DNA of 64,000 bases from Octopus sinensis (lineage: Eukaryota), in NCBI RefSeq assembly GCF_006345805.1, contig NC_042999.1, positions 28,582,001-28,646,000 on the forward strand, given 5' to 3'. The notes under the pieces are model-generated. The model saw nothing but the letters and a program-made list of their open reading frames with translations, was not told the origin of the DNA and did no database searches. Within the stretch, counting starts at the first letter, position 1; every line of letters begins with the position of its first letter. Below, in pieces: positions 12,176 to 26,800 of this stretch. Both the position numbers and the translations under genes were made by a program.

Positions 12176-12950
12176 ACTGACAGAAAGATAGACGCGAATA
12201 GGCCAGACATCATAGTAAAAGACTTCAAACAAAGAACATGCCTCCTCATTGATATGAATGTCCCAATCAACATAAACGTATCTGTCAAGACCTACCAAAA
12301 ACTGATCAAATATAAAGATCTTGAAATAGAAATCAGCAAAATGTGGAACCTGAAAACTAAAACAATACCTATTTCTTTACTACCCACAAGGGGCTAAACA
12401 CAGAGGGGACAAAGAAGGACAGACAAACGGATTAAGTCGATGAGATCAAGCCCAGTGCGTAACTGGTACTTAATTTATCGATCCCGAAAGGATGAAAGGC
12501 AAAGTCGGCCTTGGCGGAATTTGAACACAGAACTTAACGGCAGACGAAATACGGCTACGCATTTCGCCCGGTGTGCTAACGTTTCTGCCAGCTTGCCGCC
12601 TAAAACAATACCTGTTGTCGTAGGTGCCTTGGGAATGACAGCAAAATGATAGCAAAAGGATTGCTACCTAATTCAGATAGAAGGAAACTCAAAAACGGCA
12701 GAAATTCAAAAGATAGTGCTCATGGGAACTGCTCATATCCTACGCAAATTACTTTCTATGTAACTTCAAGTTTTAAAACAAACATAATTTTCGTTTTTTT
12801 AGGCATTCACTAGTACAACACTAAATACAAAACCAAATATATGGCACACAAGGCATAACAACAATACGAACTTCCAACCTGTTGCCTTTTGAGGTCTCTG
12901 GGTGAGACTTGGAGCCATCTTGTACAAATATAAAGCAAAAGTCAAACATA

Positions 12951-12951
<1 letters not shown>
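12176..12951 (+). mobile_element. R4/Dong-type 3' fragment of a different family (copy C), interrupted by a SINE
   Basis: TDRKIDANRPDIIVKD..LLIDMNVP..KYKDLEIEISKMWNLKTKTIP, resuming after the SINE as VVVGALGMTAK. Distinct 3' UTR; (TAA)n on both sides. Confidence 0.88.
12371..12600 (-). mobile_element. tRNA-derived SINE with 13-bp target-site duplication
   Basis: taaaacaatacct occurs at 12358-12370 and 12601-12613. The minus strand begins ggcggcaagctggcagaaacgttagc and has a B-box-like gtgttcaaattcc. Confidence 0.93.
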
Positions 12952-13037
<86 letters not shown>

Positions 13038-13071
13038 AAATAAAAATAAAAATAATGATAATAATAATAAT

Positions 13072-14314
13072 GAACTGTCCAAAATAGATAGGAAAACAAG
13101 AAAAATACTGACAGGATCTAGGATGCATCACACAAAATCTGACACAGAAAGACTATATATACAACGTATAGAAGGTGGTAGAGGCCTTATACAGCTGGAA
13201 AACTACTATAAAATAACCACCATAGGACTGCAAAAATATCTACTTCAGAAGGAAGGAAAAGTGATCCAGATAGCAGCAAAACACGAGCAAAACAAAAAAC
13301 TGTTCTCAGTATTTAAGGAAGCTGACAAATACAAACAAGAAATCATACCACCTAATAAACATAAAGAAGAAGAAGAAGAAGATGATGAAGAAACAACAAA
13401 AGCTATAAAACAAATGAAATCCAAACTAAAAATAGAACAGCAACGAACCATGATAAAACGATGGCAAGAAAAGCCCCTTCATGGTAAATACTGCACTAAA
13501 CTAAACGCAAAAGAAATAGACAAAGAAAAATCTCAGCAATAGTTGAGAAGCTCAGGACTCAAAGCAGAGACAGAGGGATTTTTAATTGCAGCACAAGACC
13601 AAAGCCTCCCCACCAGAAATTACCAAAAACATGTAATGAAAAGAAATATTACAAGTAACTGCAGAATATGTGGAGGTGGACAAGAAACAATAAATCATAT
13701 TTTCTCTAGCTGCCCAGTCCTGGCTAAGAAGGAATATATTCACAGACATGACAGAGTTGGAACCTACATACATTGTAAGCTATGCCAACATTATGCAATA
13801 ACAACAGAAAAAAGATGGTATAGGCACACACCAGAAAAGGTCACGGAAAACGAGAAAGCAACCATACTCTGGGATATGCCGATACACACAGATAGAGAAA
13901 TTAAGGCCAACAGACCAGATATAGTTGTCAGAGATCATGAAGGAAAAAAATGCTTTCTAATTGATGTATCAATACCGACAGATGACAACGTGTCTCTAAA
14001 ATAAATGGAGAAACTCTCAAAATACAAAGACCTGGAAATAGAGGTAACTAGAATGTGGAATCTGAAAACAGAAACAATTCCTATCATAGTAGGCGTGATA
14101 AAAAAATATTCAGATAAATACATAACAAAAACACCACGACTTACAAACACATATAACATACAGAAAATTGCACTACTAGGTACTGCACACATCCTACGCA
14201 GAACACGTTCCATACAATAACCATCAGAGCATCACAACAAATCACAGCACATACCCAAGGCACACAGAGCTGCGCTCGGTAGTGAAGTGAAAGCACGCTA
14301 TAAAAATAAAACTA

Positions 14315-14317
<3 letters not shown>
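13072..14317 (+). mobile_element. R4/Dong-type element of a third family, 5'-truncated (copy D)
   Basis: HHTKSDTERLYIQRIEGGRGL, PLHGKY, CRIC..HIFSSC, RHDRVG, NRPDIVVRD..LIDVSIP, LLGTAHILRRT. In-frame stops at 13540 and 14002. (TAA)n on both sides. Confidence 0.92.
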
Positions 14318-14348
<31 letters not shown>

Positions 14349-14350
<2 letters not shown>

Positions 14351-14706
14351 GAAATGTGGCAAAATGTGGCATCTCAAGGCGACTACAGTACCAGTGATTG
14401 TAGGATCTCTAGGAATGATAAAAAATGGTACTGAAACCTATTTTAAAATGATTCCAGGTTTACCATCCCTACAGGAAGTGCAAAAAATCGTATTAACTGG
14501 AACGGCTCATATACTGAGAAGAGCACTATCGCTGTGAAAATAACATCCATCCATGAAGTTATTTATTTATTAAATTTTAAATACATATTTCATCTGTGAA
14601 TTTGCGCGTGTAATATGGGAATGCATACAATGTCTTTCTCTGCCCTAGGTGTATGGAAAACACACGGCGAGAAACGGAAGAAAATTTGAAGAAAGAAGGA
14701 AAAAAC
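14349..14706 (+). mobile_element. Short 3' copy of the copy-B family (copy E)
   Basis: aaaatgtggcatctcaaggcgactaca..gaagaaagaaggaaaaaaca closely matches ~11798-12145. (TAA)n on both sides. Confidence 0.92.
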
Positions 14707-14708
14707 AT

Positions 14709-14712
14709 AATG

Positions 14713-14811
<99 letters not shown>

Positions 14812-14893
14812 GGAAGAAGAAGAAGAAGAAGAAGAAGAAGAAGAAGAAGAAGAAGAAGAAGAAGAAGAAGAAGAAGAAGAAGAAGAAGAAGAA
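14709..14893. repeat. (TAA)n followed by (GAA)n microsatellite
   Basis: Visible directly in the sequence. Confidence 0.97.
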
Positions 14894-14894
14894 T

Positions 14895-15480
14895 GATAGT
14901 CCCGCAGCGAATACCAAACAGCATGGACGTGTGACAGCGAGCTGCCGGGAAGATGGATCAAATCTGAAACCATCACGGCAGTGGTTCAGTAAAGATGCAT
15001 ACTGACCACGGCTTTTATCCTAATACAGCATCAGCAGGTGATAGACGGTATATTTTTTTATATTCTCGCAACCATTTTACTTTTGGACTTCTTTACTCCA
15101 GATTTCTGCCCAGAATTTTCTTACCGCATCAGCAACCGGCATATCATTCCCCTGATGCGCCTCCTCATAGGTCAGTTATTTATAGAATTTTCTGTCGTTG
15201 CTTTTTAGGAGTGTATTCTGCCAGCACTGATTTGTTTTCTGTTGGCATCGGTTTATTGTTTTACCTTACACTGTGTTGATTTTTTTCCTCAACTTTTATT
15301 TAACTACCTGCAGTTTTTTGTGCCTAATGTAATTTTGTTGCAGTTCCTTCTTTTGTCTTTCGCTCAAATTCCTCTTTTCTATGATTCCATGTAACTATCC
15401 AAACATTTTTTTGAGGTCTTTAGTTTAGTTCTCAATTCTTCATTACCACCATTCTCTTTTCTGCTTTCTTTTGGCTTTTA
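14895..15480 (-). mobile_element. Decayed R4-type pre-RT/RT N-terminal fragment
   Basis: The minus strand reads QNTLLKSNDRKFYK..PVADAVRKFWAEIWSK and PGSSLSHVHAVWYSLRDYH, resembling the QN.LF..N..KFY / FW..IW / PG.D..H..W.K motifs upstream of RT in R2/R4 elements. Confidence 0.5.
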
Positions 15481-18454
15481 ACCCCAAGAATTTACACATC
15501 GTGAGAGACTGCGCAGTGTATAAGTTTATGTAAACATGTTATATTTTCAAACATGAATTTAGTTAAGAGTTTCTCTATCTTTTTCAATACTTAGTTTTTT
15601 CCATTTTCGATTTGACTCAGAGCTGGTTACTCCATCCTTTCAATATTTTGCATATCATTTTGGTGCTGTAGCAAGTTTCATTTTTTTTTCTGAAACACTC
15701 TTTCCTTCCACGTCTGGACGGCTGCTTATTTTGTGAGGGCTTATCGGTCCCATTACTAGTCCCTGATGTTGCTCTGATTGATTATCTTCGGGCTCAGAGT
15801 AGTCAAGCCCACGTTCTTTCACTATTGTAAAGATCTCCAATTTCAATTAAGATAGTCATTGTATTTTCAGTATTAGATTTTTCTTGTCTATAACATTTCT
15901 GCAAATTATTTTGACAGGTTCCTTTCAGGAATAGCCTTCCATTACAGTTGAGCTGTTGTTTTAACTTCATCTTGTGTTAATCTAGAAGTATTCGAATAAC
16001 GAGCAGGCCACTATGTTGCACGGTTGAGCACTTGCAGCGCAAGAGATTTTCACTCGAGGTTTGGATCTAGTGAACATAGCTGTGACAATCTTTGTTTGGG
16101 ATTACACTTATAAAGGGCACTGTGATTATGAGTTTTAGACACCATTGTTGTTATCGGGAAGCCATCTTTTGGCGGTTACCAGACAAATTAAAAAAAGTAT
16201 CTCCTACCACTTTGTTAAACCTTTCTCTATTACGATGTTCCCTACCGTTTTTGTTGTCAGAGTATTCATTCTTATAATTACTTGCATCCTAACTGTAATG
16301 GCTGCATTGGTAGCATTTCTAATAACGAACTTCTATTTTTATGGCTCCTGACAATCCAGAGTTCACCCGCCCTTTAACGGGCGTTGTTTTTCATCCAGCA
16401 GTGTGACTGATTAGAAATAAAATCTTCCGCCTCACAGAACATGTTCTGTGGGGTAGCCAGTTTAGTCTCCGACGTCTAGACTTCCTGGATGTTGACCATA
16501 ATTCACTCATTCAGATGTTATTTGATTTCATGCATTCGGACATGGCGGTGGCAGAGGAGCGGATGATTATTACCCGAATAAGTTAGATAAAGGAGAGAAG
16601 TAGTGGGGGAGAAAGGTGAAAGAAGGGAGGGAGAGGGAGAGAGAAAAAGAAGGAGAGGAGTATATACTTAATGGCGTAATCTGATTGCACCCCTAAAAGC
16701 ATAAAAAATATCATTCTGCTTTGGAACGAGAGATAGAGGGTGCGAAAGAAAGATAATTGAATAGTTAGTCAAAAATTGTACGACATCAAACAAAAGCAAA
16801 AATATCGTTACGCTAAGATTGTGAAACGAATGGCTGAGAGAGTGTGGTGAAGTTTACAGTCCTATATGGAAACACGAAAGCAGTTATAACAACTGAAATA
16901 AACAATTGTATGATTTCTAATTGAATAATATTACGTTTGATAATATTCTGTGTAATAAAAGTTATGAATCAATATTGAAAACATGGCCTAAAAATATGAT
17001 CAATAAAACTAGATATGTTTTTTTACTCTCATAGAGATGTATATAAAGCAGCGATTGAATCAGGAGTAGCAGACTTTAGGATATTGTGTTTAGTAGTAAC
17101 TTGCCCTTAAAAAACAAAATTTTACTTATGATTTCTACTACTGATAAAATAAATAATAAATGAAATGATATTCATCGTCGTGATCAAAGGATATTCATAG
17201 CATTACTTCTTAGAAATAGTCTGCTGTATCTTTCCTTTGCTTCTATTTTCACCGACAAATACTATACAATGAAATATACAAAGAAGGAAAATGAAATTAA
17301 CGAAAGAAAAGATATATTATAAAAGCAGCAACAGGTAGGAAAAACAACATCTAACAGAGAAAAGGCTGTGACTCGGCATAATGAAATTATTGCTTCTATA
17401 AGACTTTCTATTAATCTAAATATAATCAATAACAAACAAATGTTGAATGTGGTAAAGATAAAAAAAATTGATATTAAATAAAAATGCAAGCGCAGCGGCG
17501 ACGACATGAACGACAATGATAGACAAGATAAGCTAACTTTGAGTCTAAAGGTGAGCAACTAATTCAACTTTGAGCCAGTAATACATCAAAATGTGTAGCT
17601 GATTATAATATTCTTTCTCTGTATTTCTAAATGTTTTTCAGTGAGTTTTTGCCATTCAGTTTTATTTTAAGCAACACATACAAATTAAAGAATGCAGATC
17701 AGGAAAGAAAATAAAAAAAATACGTAGATTATATTTTTTTTTAAATATACATTCCAGAAATTTCATTATCAATCTATAATAAGTTTATGTGCGATACAAG
17801 AGACGTGCAATTGTATCTTTAAATACAATGTTTCCATGGAAGCAATGCATTCTAATTTTGTAAAGGAAAACCAGATGTACTGCCTCTAATATCAAAGGTG
17901 TGATAGAAAATAGCAATACATTATCGTAAGGGGAAACATCCAGTCAAGGTGTCCTTCTTAATTTTACTACTTGCAGTTTGTTTATAACGGTACATATTAC
18001 CATGCTATGGTATAAAGAATTTACTTTCCGTAACGGCAGTAAATGCAATAACATATTGGAATTACAATAGATTTGATAAACGTTAGATTCATTTATTTAA
18101 TGCTATTATTCTTAATGTAACGATTTTATGTTCGTTGTCTGGAACCGATATAAGTAAGCGTATCATCAACATTAGTTGAACATCATGTAATATACAAACC
18201 ACACATCAGAAATAGGTTAAGCAAGGAACAGGATAAATGCATCAACACCGTTATTTATATACATTAACTCTATAAATTTCATTTTCCCTTTGCTAGCAAT
18301 GGCCTAGGAATAAAATTCTATCATTTATTGAAGTTGATTAAATAATTCATTGCAAGTGCATACTGCCTTCTTCTCAACCAGCTACGCACTTCACTACCAA
18401 TAGTATGAAGCAACATAATTCAATTCAAAAAATAATTACACTCACACACACACA

Positions 18455-18607
18455 CACACACCCTTACACTCATGCACGCCAACACAGTGCACACACATAA
18501 ATACATGCGTACACACACACACATATATACACACACACACACACACACCCTTACACTCATGCACGCCAACACAGTGCACACACATAAATACATGCGTACA
18601 CACACAC

Positions 18608-18630
<23 letters not shown>
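18455..18630. repeat. Two tandem copies of an ~87-bp unit embedded in (CA)n
   Basis: cccttacactcatgcacgccaacacagtgcacacacataaatacatgcgtac at 18461 and 18548. Confidence 0.9.
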
Positions 18631-18678
<48 letters not shown>

Positions 18679-19489
18679 TATATACACACACACATATATA
18701 TACACACATACACACACACCAAATTGTTATTCATCCCAAAAAGTAGTAGGGCAGAAAAAATAAATATACAGTTGAAAATTCACATAGAATATATGGTGAT
18801 TTCATTTATAAAAATTACTTTTTCAATTAAATATGTTGCAGAAAATTTCTTTAACATGTTTTAAGAGCATATTAGTGCCATGATGATAAAGATATTATAT
18901 AATTTTATTAAACTAAGGTTTTGTTCTTTCAACATAATTGGAGTAAGGACCGGTTCCACATTGCTCATCAAACTGAAGGTTCAAAAAGACATATTACTAG
19001 GGCTAAAGAAATTGCAGTTAAGGGGAGGTAAATCTGTAATTTTATTTTATTTTTTAAATTTTTTCATGTTCGCTACTTTATTCTGGCTTATATCTTACAT
19101 TAGATGGGGTCAAGTCGTTTATTTTTAATATGGGTTCATATCTGTTTCTGGTTTATATTTTTGGATAAAAATCCGCTTCTTTATTCAGGCTTACTTGTGT
19201 TGAGTTTCAGAAGGCAAGCTGATAAGATTGGAAAATTACGAATTCTGGTTGTAATTGTTGTGCTCATTCGTCAATGTGTTGCCTGGGGGTTGATTTGGCG
19301 AAATTATGAGGAGGAAATTTATTGTCAGTGGACACTACATCTGTTTCGGATCGAATTTCCTGTTGAGCCAATAAAATTTCGATGGCAGCCCGATCATCAG
19401 ATTACGTAAATTAGGTTTTGAAAGGCGCATGTTAAGTTAGATTTGATTTTGAATATTTGTTCTTGTTTGAAATGGAATTCCGATCCTTG

Positions 19490-19897
19490 CAACAAACTGG
19501 TACATATATGTACTGAAGTTTAACAATTACAAGAGACTTCTGCAGGATTACTTGGGGACAGGATTACAATCATGGCTTTTCCCAGTGGAGGCTGGCTGAA
19601 AAGATTCCCTGCCCAATCGGTATGGAAGAAGCTTACAGCTATTTGAATGTGAAGAAAGCCATCAGGGTGGCTGTGAACAGGATGCTAGAGGCAGCAAAGA
19701 GAACCACTTGCTGGTTATGAACAGACAGAGGGGAGTTGAACTAGAAGTTCGGAGGAGATGATGAAAACCAAGGGGAGGGTGTTACTGATCAGGGTAGAAA
19801 GAGCCGATGATCGTTTGATAACGTCTTATATAATCAGATCCTCCTGGCCTAAAATCCACCGTCTTTGGCGAATGGAAAGGAAGCACCTTCTTCTAGG
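19490..19897 (+). mobile_element. Decayed 3' end of a HERO-like (REL-endonuclease) retrotransposon
   Basis: Remnant translation WLFPVEAG..FPAQSVWKKLTAI..MLEAAKRTTCWL resembles the PVEVG.RGF..S / AAE.AS.WLW C-terminus of HERO-clade elements. Followed directly by (ATT)n. Confidence 0.55.
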
Positions 19898-19904
19898 TGT
19901 TATT

Positions 19905-19928
19905 GGCGTATTATTATTATCGTTATTA

Positions 19929-19966
<38 letters not shown>

Positions 19967-19998
19967 CGTTATTATTATTATTATTATTATTATTTATT

Positions 19999-20029
<31 letters not shown>

Positions 20030-20205
20030 TTTATTATTATTATATTATATTATTATTATTATTATTATTATTATTTATTATTATTATTATTATTATATTA
20101 TTATTATTATTATTATTGTTATTATTATTATTATTGTTATTATTATTTTTATTATTTTTATTATTATTATTATTAATATTATTATTATTGTTGTTGTTTT
20201 TGTTA
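19905..20205. repeat. Imperfect (ATT)n microsatellite
   Basis: Visible directly in the sequence. Confidence 0.97.
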
Positions 20206-23200
20206 TTGATATTGCTGTTGTTGTTGCTGCTGCTGCGGTTGCTTTTGCTTTTATTTTAAAGGATGCGTGGTGTGAAGCCAGTGTGACATTTAGATATGAG
20301 CAGGATATTATCAGAGGGAACCCTGATTAATATTACATTTTCAGAAGGCAAGGTGAGAAGTAAAGCAAGGTGAGAAGTAAAAATACGGAGCATATTATAA
20401 TTTATTTTAAAATCCTGGACAGTTTCACATTCGACACATTTGCAAAGTTGTACCTGAATATATATGCATACTCTTTACTGTTTTATCAGATATAAAATAA
20501 TTCCAAACGCAAGCACATGATCGCACATGCATAGGAAAACACGAAAAAGAAACGCACATTTACACAGAGGCTCAAGTATATATGTGTGTGTTTGTCTGCA
20601 CGTGCGCGTGTGTATATATCCAAATTATTGCACTGAGTACATATATGTCTCTTAAGAGAAACAGAGAAGAGTAACAAAGAAATAGAGAGAAAGAAGGAGG
20701 GAGGGAGAGATAGAGAGAGAGAAAAGGAAGAACATATGATTTGTTCGTTGATTATAAATAATATAGCTTGAAGTTTCAGGAAGCGTATTTATTTCATCAT
20801 GACATTCGCCAAATCTTATATGTTATTCATTATCTAAATGATCCTTATATAACTAGAAATAAGAGAAATTTAGTTATTCGTAAATATATTAAAAATAGAA
20901 AATATTATTAATTTAGATATAAATATATGCATGCTTTGATCATCTGAATTTAATTCATAAAAAATAGATTCGTCTTAGATATAACAATATATCATATCCT
21001 GCTCAATCAATATTTCGGAATTGCTGTTACATGACACTATTTAAATTCATACTTTCGAATGCATGTGTTAAATATTTTGATTCAGTTGCAGGCCAGGATA
21101 AAAAAATATATATATATGTGTTAACATGTAATTATGATATAAAATGTTTAGAATTATTAAATCTGAAACTTGTTAAAAAGATATAAAATGCTTCAGCTTC
21201 TAACATTAAGCATTCACATGAAAGGCATTCGCGCACACAACATCAAGCAAACGCACACTCATTCTACTTCTCCCCCATCTCTTTCTCCATTGAATCTTAC
21301 ATAGCAGGGCATCTAGGCGTTTCCGGAATGCGTTTAAATCCATTTCTTGAAATTCTCGATTTCTTTTGTAAGGTTTGAGAAAGCTGGGATTCTAAGGTTT
21401 ATGTATATACGGTCAAAAGTTATGAGATCGCAGTTAAGATACTACGGATTAAGCTAGTGTAAAGTAGTTCGTGTATTAGCATATATCTTTCTAAAAATTT
21501 TACTTATTGAAACGTTCTTCCTTATATAAACGTGAATCTAGTTATTTTTTCATTCGCAAAATATGCATTTTAAAAGGAAGTGAAAGAAAATTGAAAATTG
21601 GCTATAATAACGTAGCATTCAGTATCATTGCTTTAAAAATATGATGTTGTGGAAAAAAAATTTAGAACAAGTTAATGCTGTTTAAAAAAAAAAAACTGTG
21701 TATGTTTAGCCAATAGCGAGACAGAAATTTTCTGCGTTTGGAGGAGCGGTGTCAACATAGATTTGCGTCTGACGTGTTCATTGTAGGTTTCACGATAAGC
21801 AGAAATACTGAATTTCATTGTAGGTTTCTAAATAAAAAGAAATACCTAATAAAATCAACATGTATCATATTACTGTTTCTTTTGTCTCTTCATTGATTGT
21901 ATGTTTTTGTCACTTTTTAAAATTTGTTATAATATCTGCATGTATTTACTTTATGAGTACTTCAATATTATGTATACCCGCCAGGCATTTATGTACATCA
22001 TTAATATATGAGTGCATGTGTAAAATCATAAATCCAGCTATCTGAGTCAATGAGTCCCAAAAATATGAAATGGAAAATGTAAAAACACTAGTACACAGAA
22101 GAAGTACCGAAAACGTCTAACACATAGAAGTACAGAAAAGTATGTTATATTCTAACACACAGAAACAGGACAAAACACGCAGGGAAATCAACATAGACAA
22201 CAGAGTCACTGGCAACAGTGAACCACAACACAGCGTGCGGTTGTCATGGTAAGATGCTTATGCCATGCTGTCTGTTGATTGGCTATAATTACCCAAATTT
22301 CCTGAATTTAATTCCAAACACCAGATTCTTTCATTTACGAGATAAAGTAAATGCTTCATCGTAATCAAAATTCAGAGTTGCATCGATACATTAAAATTGA
22401 AAGTAATCTGAGCGAAATTAAGAGGGGGTAGCTCATTTTACGAATAAGGAAGACTAGATCCATAAATTCCAGCGTGCATTTCCCATCTTAACTCGTAGAT
22501 AGGGGAGCCCTCGTGGCTTCAACTTCTTCCTGTAGATTAAATATAGCATGGAAACCACATTGGTAATGAAGAAGTATCATTACATTGATTCTAGATCTGT
22601 AGTGACATTAAAACAGTTTCAGGGATGAAAAGAAAATCCCAGCTGGTCTCATACCAAACTGACTTTGAACAGAAGAAAAAAAGAAAAAAAAAAAGAACCA
22701 TTAACGAGGTCACGGATAACATATGTATATACACTCACAAGCACTAACACAGATATACAATCACACAATTACTCAAAAACATGCAATCACACATACTCTT
22801 CGTTTACTTTACGATATCCCTTCTCTTCGAAGAAATAATACATTTATATAAACACGCTGAAGAATAAATACATAAAGGTACAAGACTAATGCTCAAACAC
22901 AATCAAGGCAGACCTGGAAGGGTTTGGGCACGTCAATGATAATGTCGCGAATAGCGACGAAGGGACATTGACACATTAACAACCGACGGACAGTTTAGCA
23001 TCGCGTTAAAGAAACAAAAGTCTAGCTAGTTAGCTACTTAACTAATTGACTAATATGAAAGAAGTGACATTGACGAAGTGCATGTGTTTATATAACTTGA
23101 ACTTCTTTCGAACCTGAAACTTGTTGCATAGTGTAATTAGATGTAATATACAAAACATTATTAGAACTGGGAATCTAATGTGAAAATATTATCAAAGTGT

Positions 23201-23295
23201 CAGCAGAAAACCGCCCGTAGAACGCTATTTCTGGTAGTATATATAAGGATCTGTATTCGTTTTACCCTCTATGTGTGTGCGTATACATACATACA

Positions 23296-23463
<168 letters not shown>

Positions 23464-23780
23464 CGAATAAAGATCCTTCCCGAGTTACATAGATTAGATT
23501 CATTGGCCTTGAGCGTACCTGTTCCCTACGTCTGTCAGGCGTAGGATTACTCATTTTGCCCAGCTAAAGGCATTAGAGCAACCTGAAATGAAATATTATA
23601 TTCAAGAACACAACGAGTCGCCCGATCCAGTAATGGAAACCATAATCTTACACTAAGCTTCGCGCTCCTTCCTATGCCTCTCTACCCAACTACCTGCCTA
23701 CTTACTTATCTGCCTACAAACGGTTATGTACTAAGTATATATACATACATTTATACATACATATATATGTACATATATAT

Positions 23781-23825
<45 letters not shown>

Positions 23826-26800
23826 GTGTATGTGTGTATGCATGTATTTACGCATGCGTGTGTGCGTGCGTTTGTGTGTATATAAATTACTGCGTTTTTC
23901 CTTTATATGTATGCAGAATATAGACTGGAAAACTGTATGTTGCCAGACATTCAGTTGTTCTTCATATTTTATCTATTTTATTCTTTAACTTAAACAATCA
24001 CAATCCGCTATTAATATCAAAGCGCTACAGAATTTACAAAGAAAAATAGCAGACAATAATCGATCTATAATCAGCCACAATCAATAATGCAACAAGATTT
24101 TTTGAGTTACCATTCAAAATTGCTCTTTTCCGTCAAACCAATATAGCATTCGCTATTTGGGAAATTGTTTAAAATACTTTTCAGAAGTTATGAATGTGAA
24201 TTCCCGAATTGCCAAAATGGTATTAATCTAGCCATTATAACATAGTTCAATCGGGGCGTCTTTTAATCAGGAACCTTTCGTATTTTTAGTTTATTTTATT
24301 TTATCTTATTTCGGTGAGCTTACAAGCTTTTAACTACATTTGTACATCTCGGAAGTTTTGAATAATTCTGTGCCGAATGTTTTATTAAAAACCATAACAC
24401 GTATATTTTTCCAATTTCCTAAACATCAATGAAATATCACTAGAAATGTTTACAAGCGAAAAAGAATCTGAGGATAATTGCTTCTCTAACATCCCTTGCA
24501 TATTTCGTATTTTGCTAAATCTTTGTAACAAAATATTTCAGAGATATATTTCTTATTTATTTTGTGTTTCTCTCATTCCAGAATTCATCATCTGCTTTGA
24601 CTCAATGAACTTCATTTTGAAGTATAATTCTTTGAATTCTTAACAATATGAGGAATCAACATGACTTTATTCTGTGATTCTCAGAAATAGGAACTGAAAA
24701 AAAATCAAGGAATGCACGAGAAAATTGAATTTTCTGTGCGTAGGTGTTGAGCTTGAAAAATCGGTGTTGAAATGATTCTCGTTACTAAATTGCATTTCTT
24801 TGCTTCTAGTTCAATAACATACTGTTAACAAAACGATAATTACTGGTTAGAATATATTTTCCATGACAATTACCATTTGTCAATAGATGTCTTCATTATT
24901 TGCCTACATTTTCCACCCAACATTTAAACCATCCAACACATGCGCCCGCGCACACACACACATCCTAATTTTAAATATAAATGAGTTCAAGCATATTCCG
25001 CCGTGAAAAATATCTCTTCACACTTACGTTATTCAAGATTGTAATATCTCTGCGGAAGAAATTTTGACGAATACTTTACTCTGATCAATTTATAAATTCT
25101 GAGAAGAATTTGTTTGACAATATCTACGGGGAAACTCGTTGTATGATGAAACGTGACGAAAGCCTTGCATACTTTTACTGTTGCACTTACAGTTTGTGAT
25201 TTTCTTGTGTGCCAGATGCTCATTTCATTACTATTTCTGAAAACCTTAACTGATCCAGATTGTCATTTAAGCGTTAACACACAAACGTGATCAATTATCA
25301 TTGATAGAAATGAAAATCTTTAAACTGGATATAGCAGATGAAGGTTGTGAAACAATTATCCAGATTTATCCTCTTTCTCTTTGATCATCAAAACCATTCA
25401 GATCAGCAGGACAGCTGAAATCTCTGACGGCACATATTTTACTTCTCTGTCCATATCAACAATATGCGGCCCCTTGTTGCTTTCAATTAATAGATGTTTT
25501 GTTGGGATAGTTTGACGAACCTTTCTTGTGTTGATGATTGTGCATGTACTCAATATCAAGAGAATATACTATATTTATTCTCGGGCAATATTTTTTTCTG
25601 AATGACTGTTTTTAAACAGTGTCGCGTCACAGAGGAAAGTAGTAACTAGATGATATTTTAGAAGAGCTGCCAATCATGTGCGATATCTTCCTCAGAGATA
25701 TGAAATAATCTGTATCCTTTGTTGCTCCTTGGAGATTCAAGCGTTTCGCACTTTCTATTGTTTATTAGGTATAGTTTTGCAATATCCTGTTTTGGAACTG
25801 TAAATCTATTACCTGCGATGCAATATAGAGGTCACGATTCCAAGAAAGTTTGCATTTCACGTCAAAATTAGTGTCTTCTTCACGTCTTCACAAAACTTGC
25901 ATAATCTATTTCTGGAATGCTGACCGTTTCCCAACCATATCTTCTTTGAGGTATGTTAGTCCGGTTTTGGGGGTTATAGGAGGTCATAAGGAAGAGAATG
26001 TTTGCGGTGTAGCTCGTCGTTGACAAGAAGGATATTGTAGTATTCACTTCCCTGCAATAAGTTAATGCTTTTGCTTTTTGTTGCTACGGTTCTGCAAGTG
26101 CTGTATCATTTGACATTCAGAGGCTATCTGCGCAGATCTCACAACTCTACCGCTTTCGTCTCTTTCATAGAAAATGTTGAGATCACTATTTCTGAGGATA
26201 TGACAATCTGATGTCAGGATCTTATGGATTTTACGTATATGAAGGAGATTTCGTCTATAGACCAGCCAAGTTTTCCAGAAGTTTTCCAGAGTTCTGATAC
26301 TTTATTATGTGATATATTATTTTTGTAAGAGGAGTGAGTTCTGTCTGCCGCACTTTAATCAGTCGGGAATAATATTCTCAAGTCATTTTTCATTTATTCA
26401 CAATATTTTCATGTGATATTTTATCATCAATGCCTACTTGCTTGTAGCATTCTTTGTGGGAGACAGGAGATATAGTGAGGCCATTGATGCATAAGTTTTG
26501 AATCTGCGAGATGTGCTTTCCACATCCAAAGATCAGACACGATCATTTCATTTGACTAAATTTCATTATTACTTTAGCTGAATAATTTATTAATTGCAGC
26601 TGGGGTTTTTTTTTCGCATGATGTCATCCACAAAGAAATTATGAGTTACATTAATATCGATAACAATTGCAAGAAAAACATGTAGCCCTCTGTTTTTTGT
26701 TTTTTTGTTGAAGAAATGATAAGGGATTTAATGCCAAAATGAACAGAATTACAGAAGGATTTGGAAAAAAATCTCTAAAAGAAATATCTCTTCGATATTC

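Noticed and set aside
25300-26700. Stretch with a coding-like texture, possibly a decayed DNA transposon
   Set aside because: No diagnostic motif could be recovered by eye; it needs tBLASTx/HMM.
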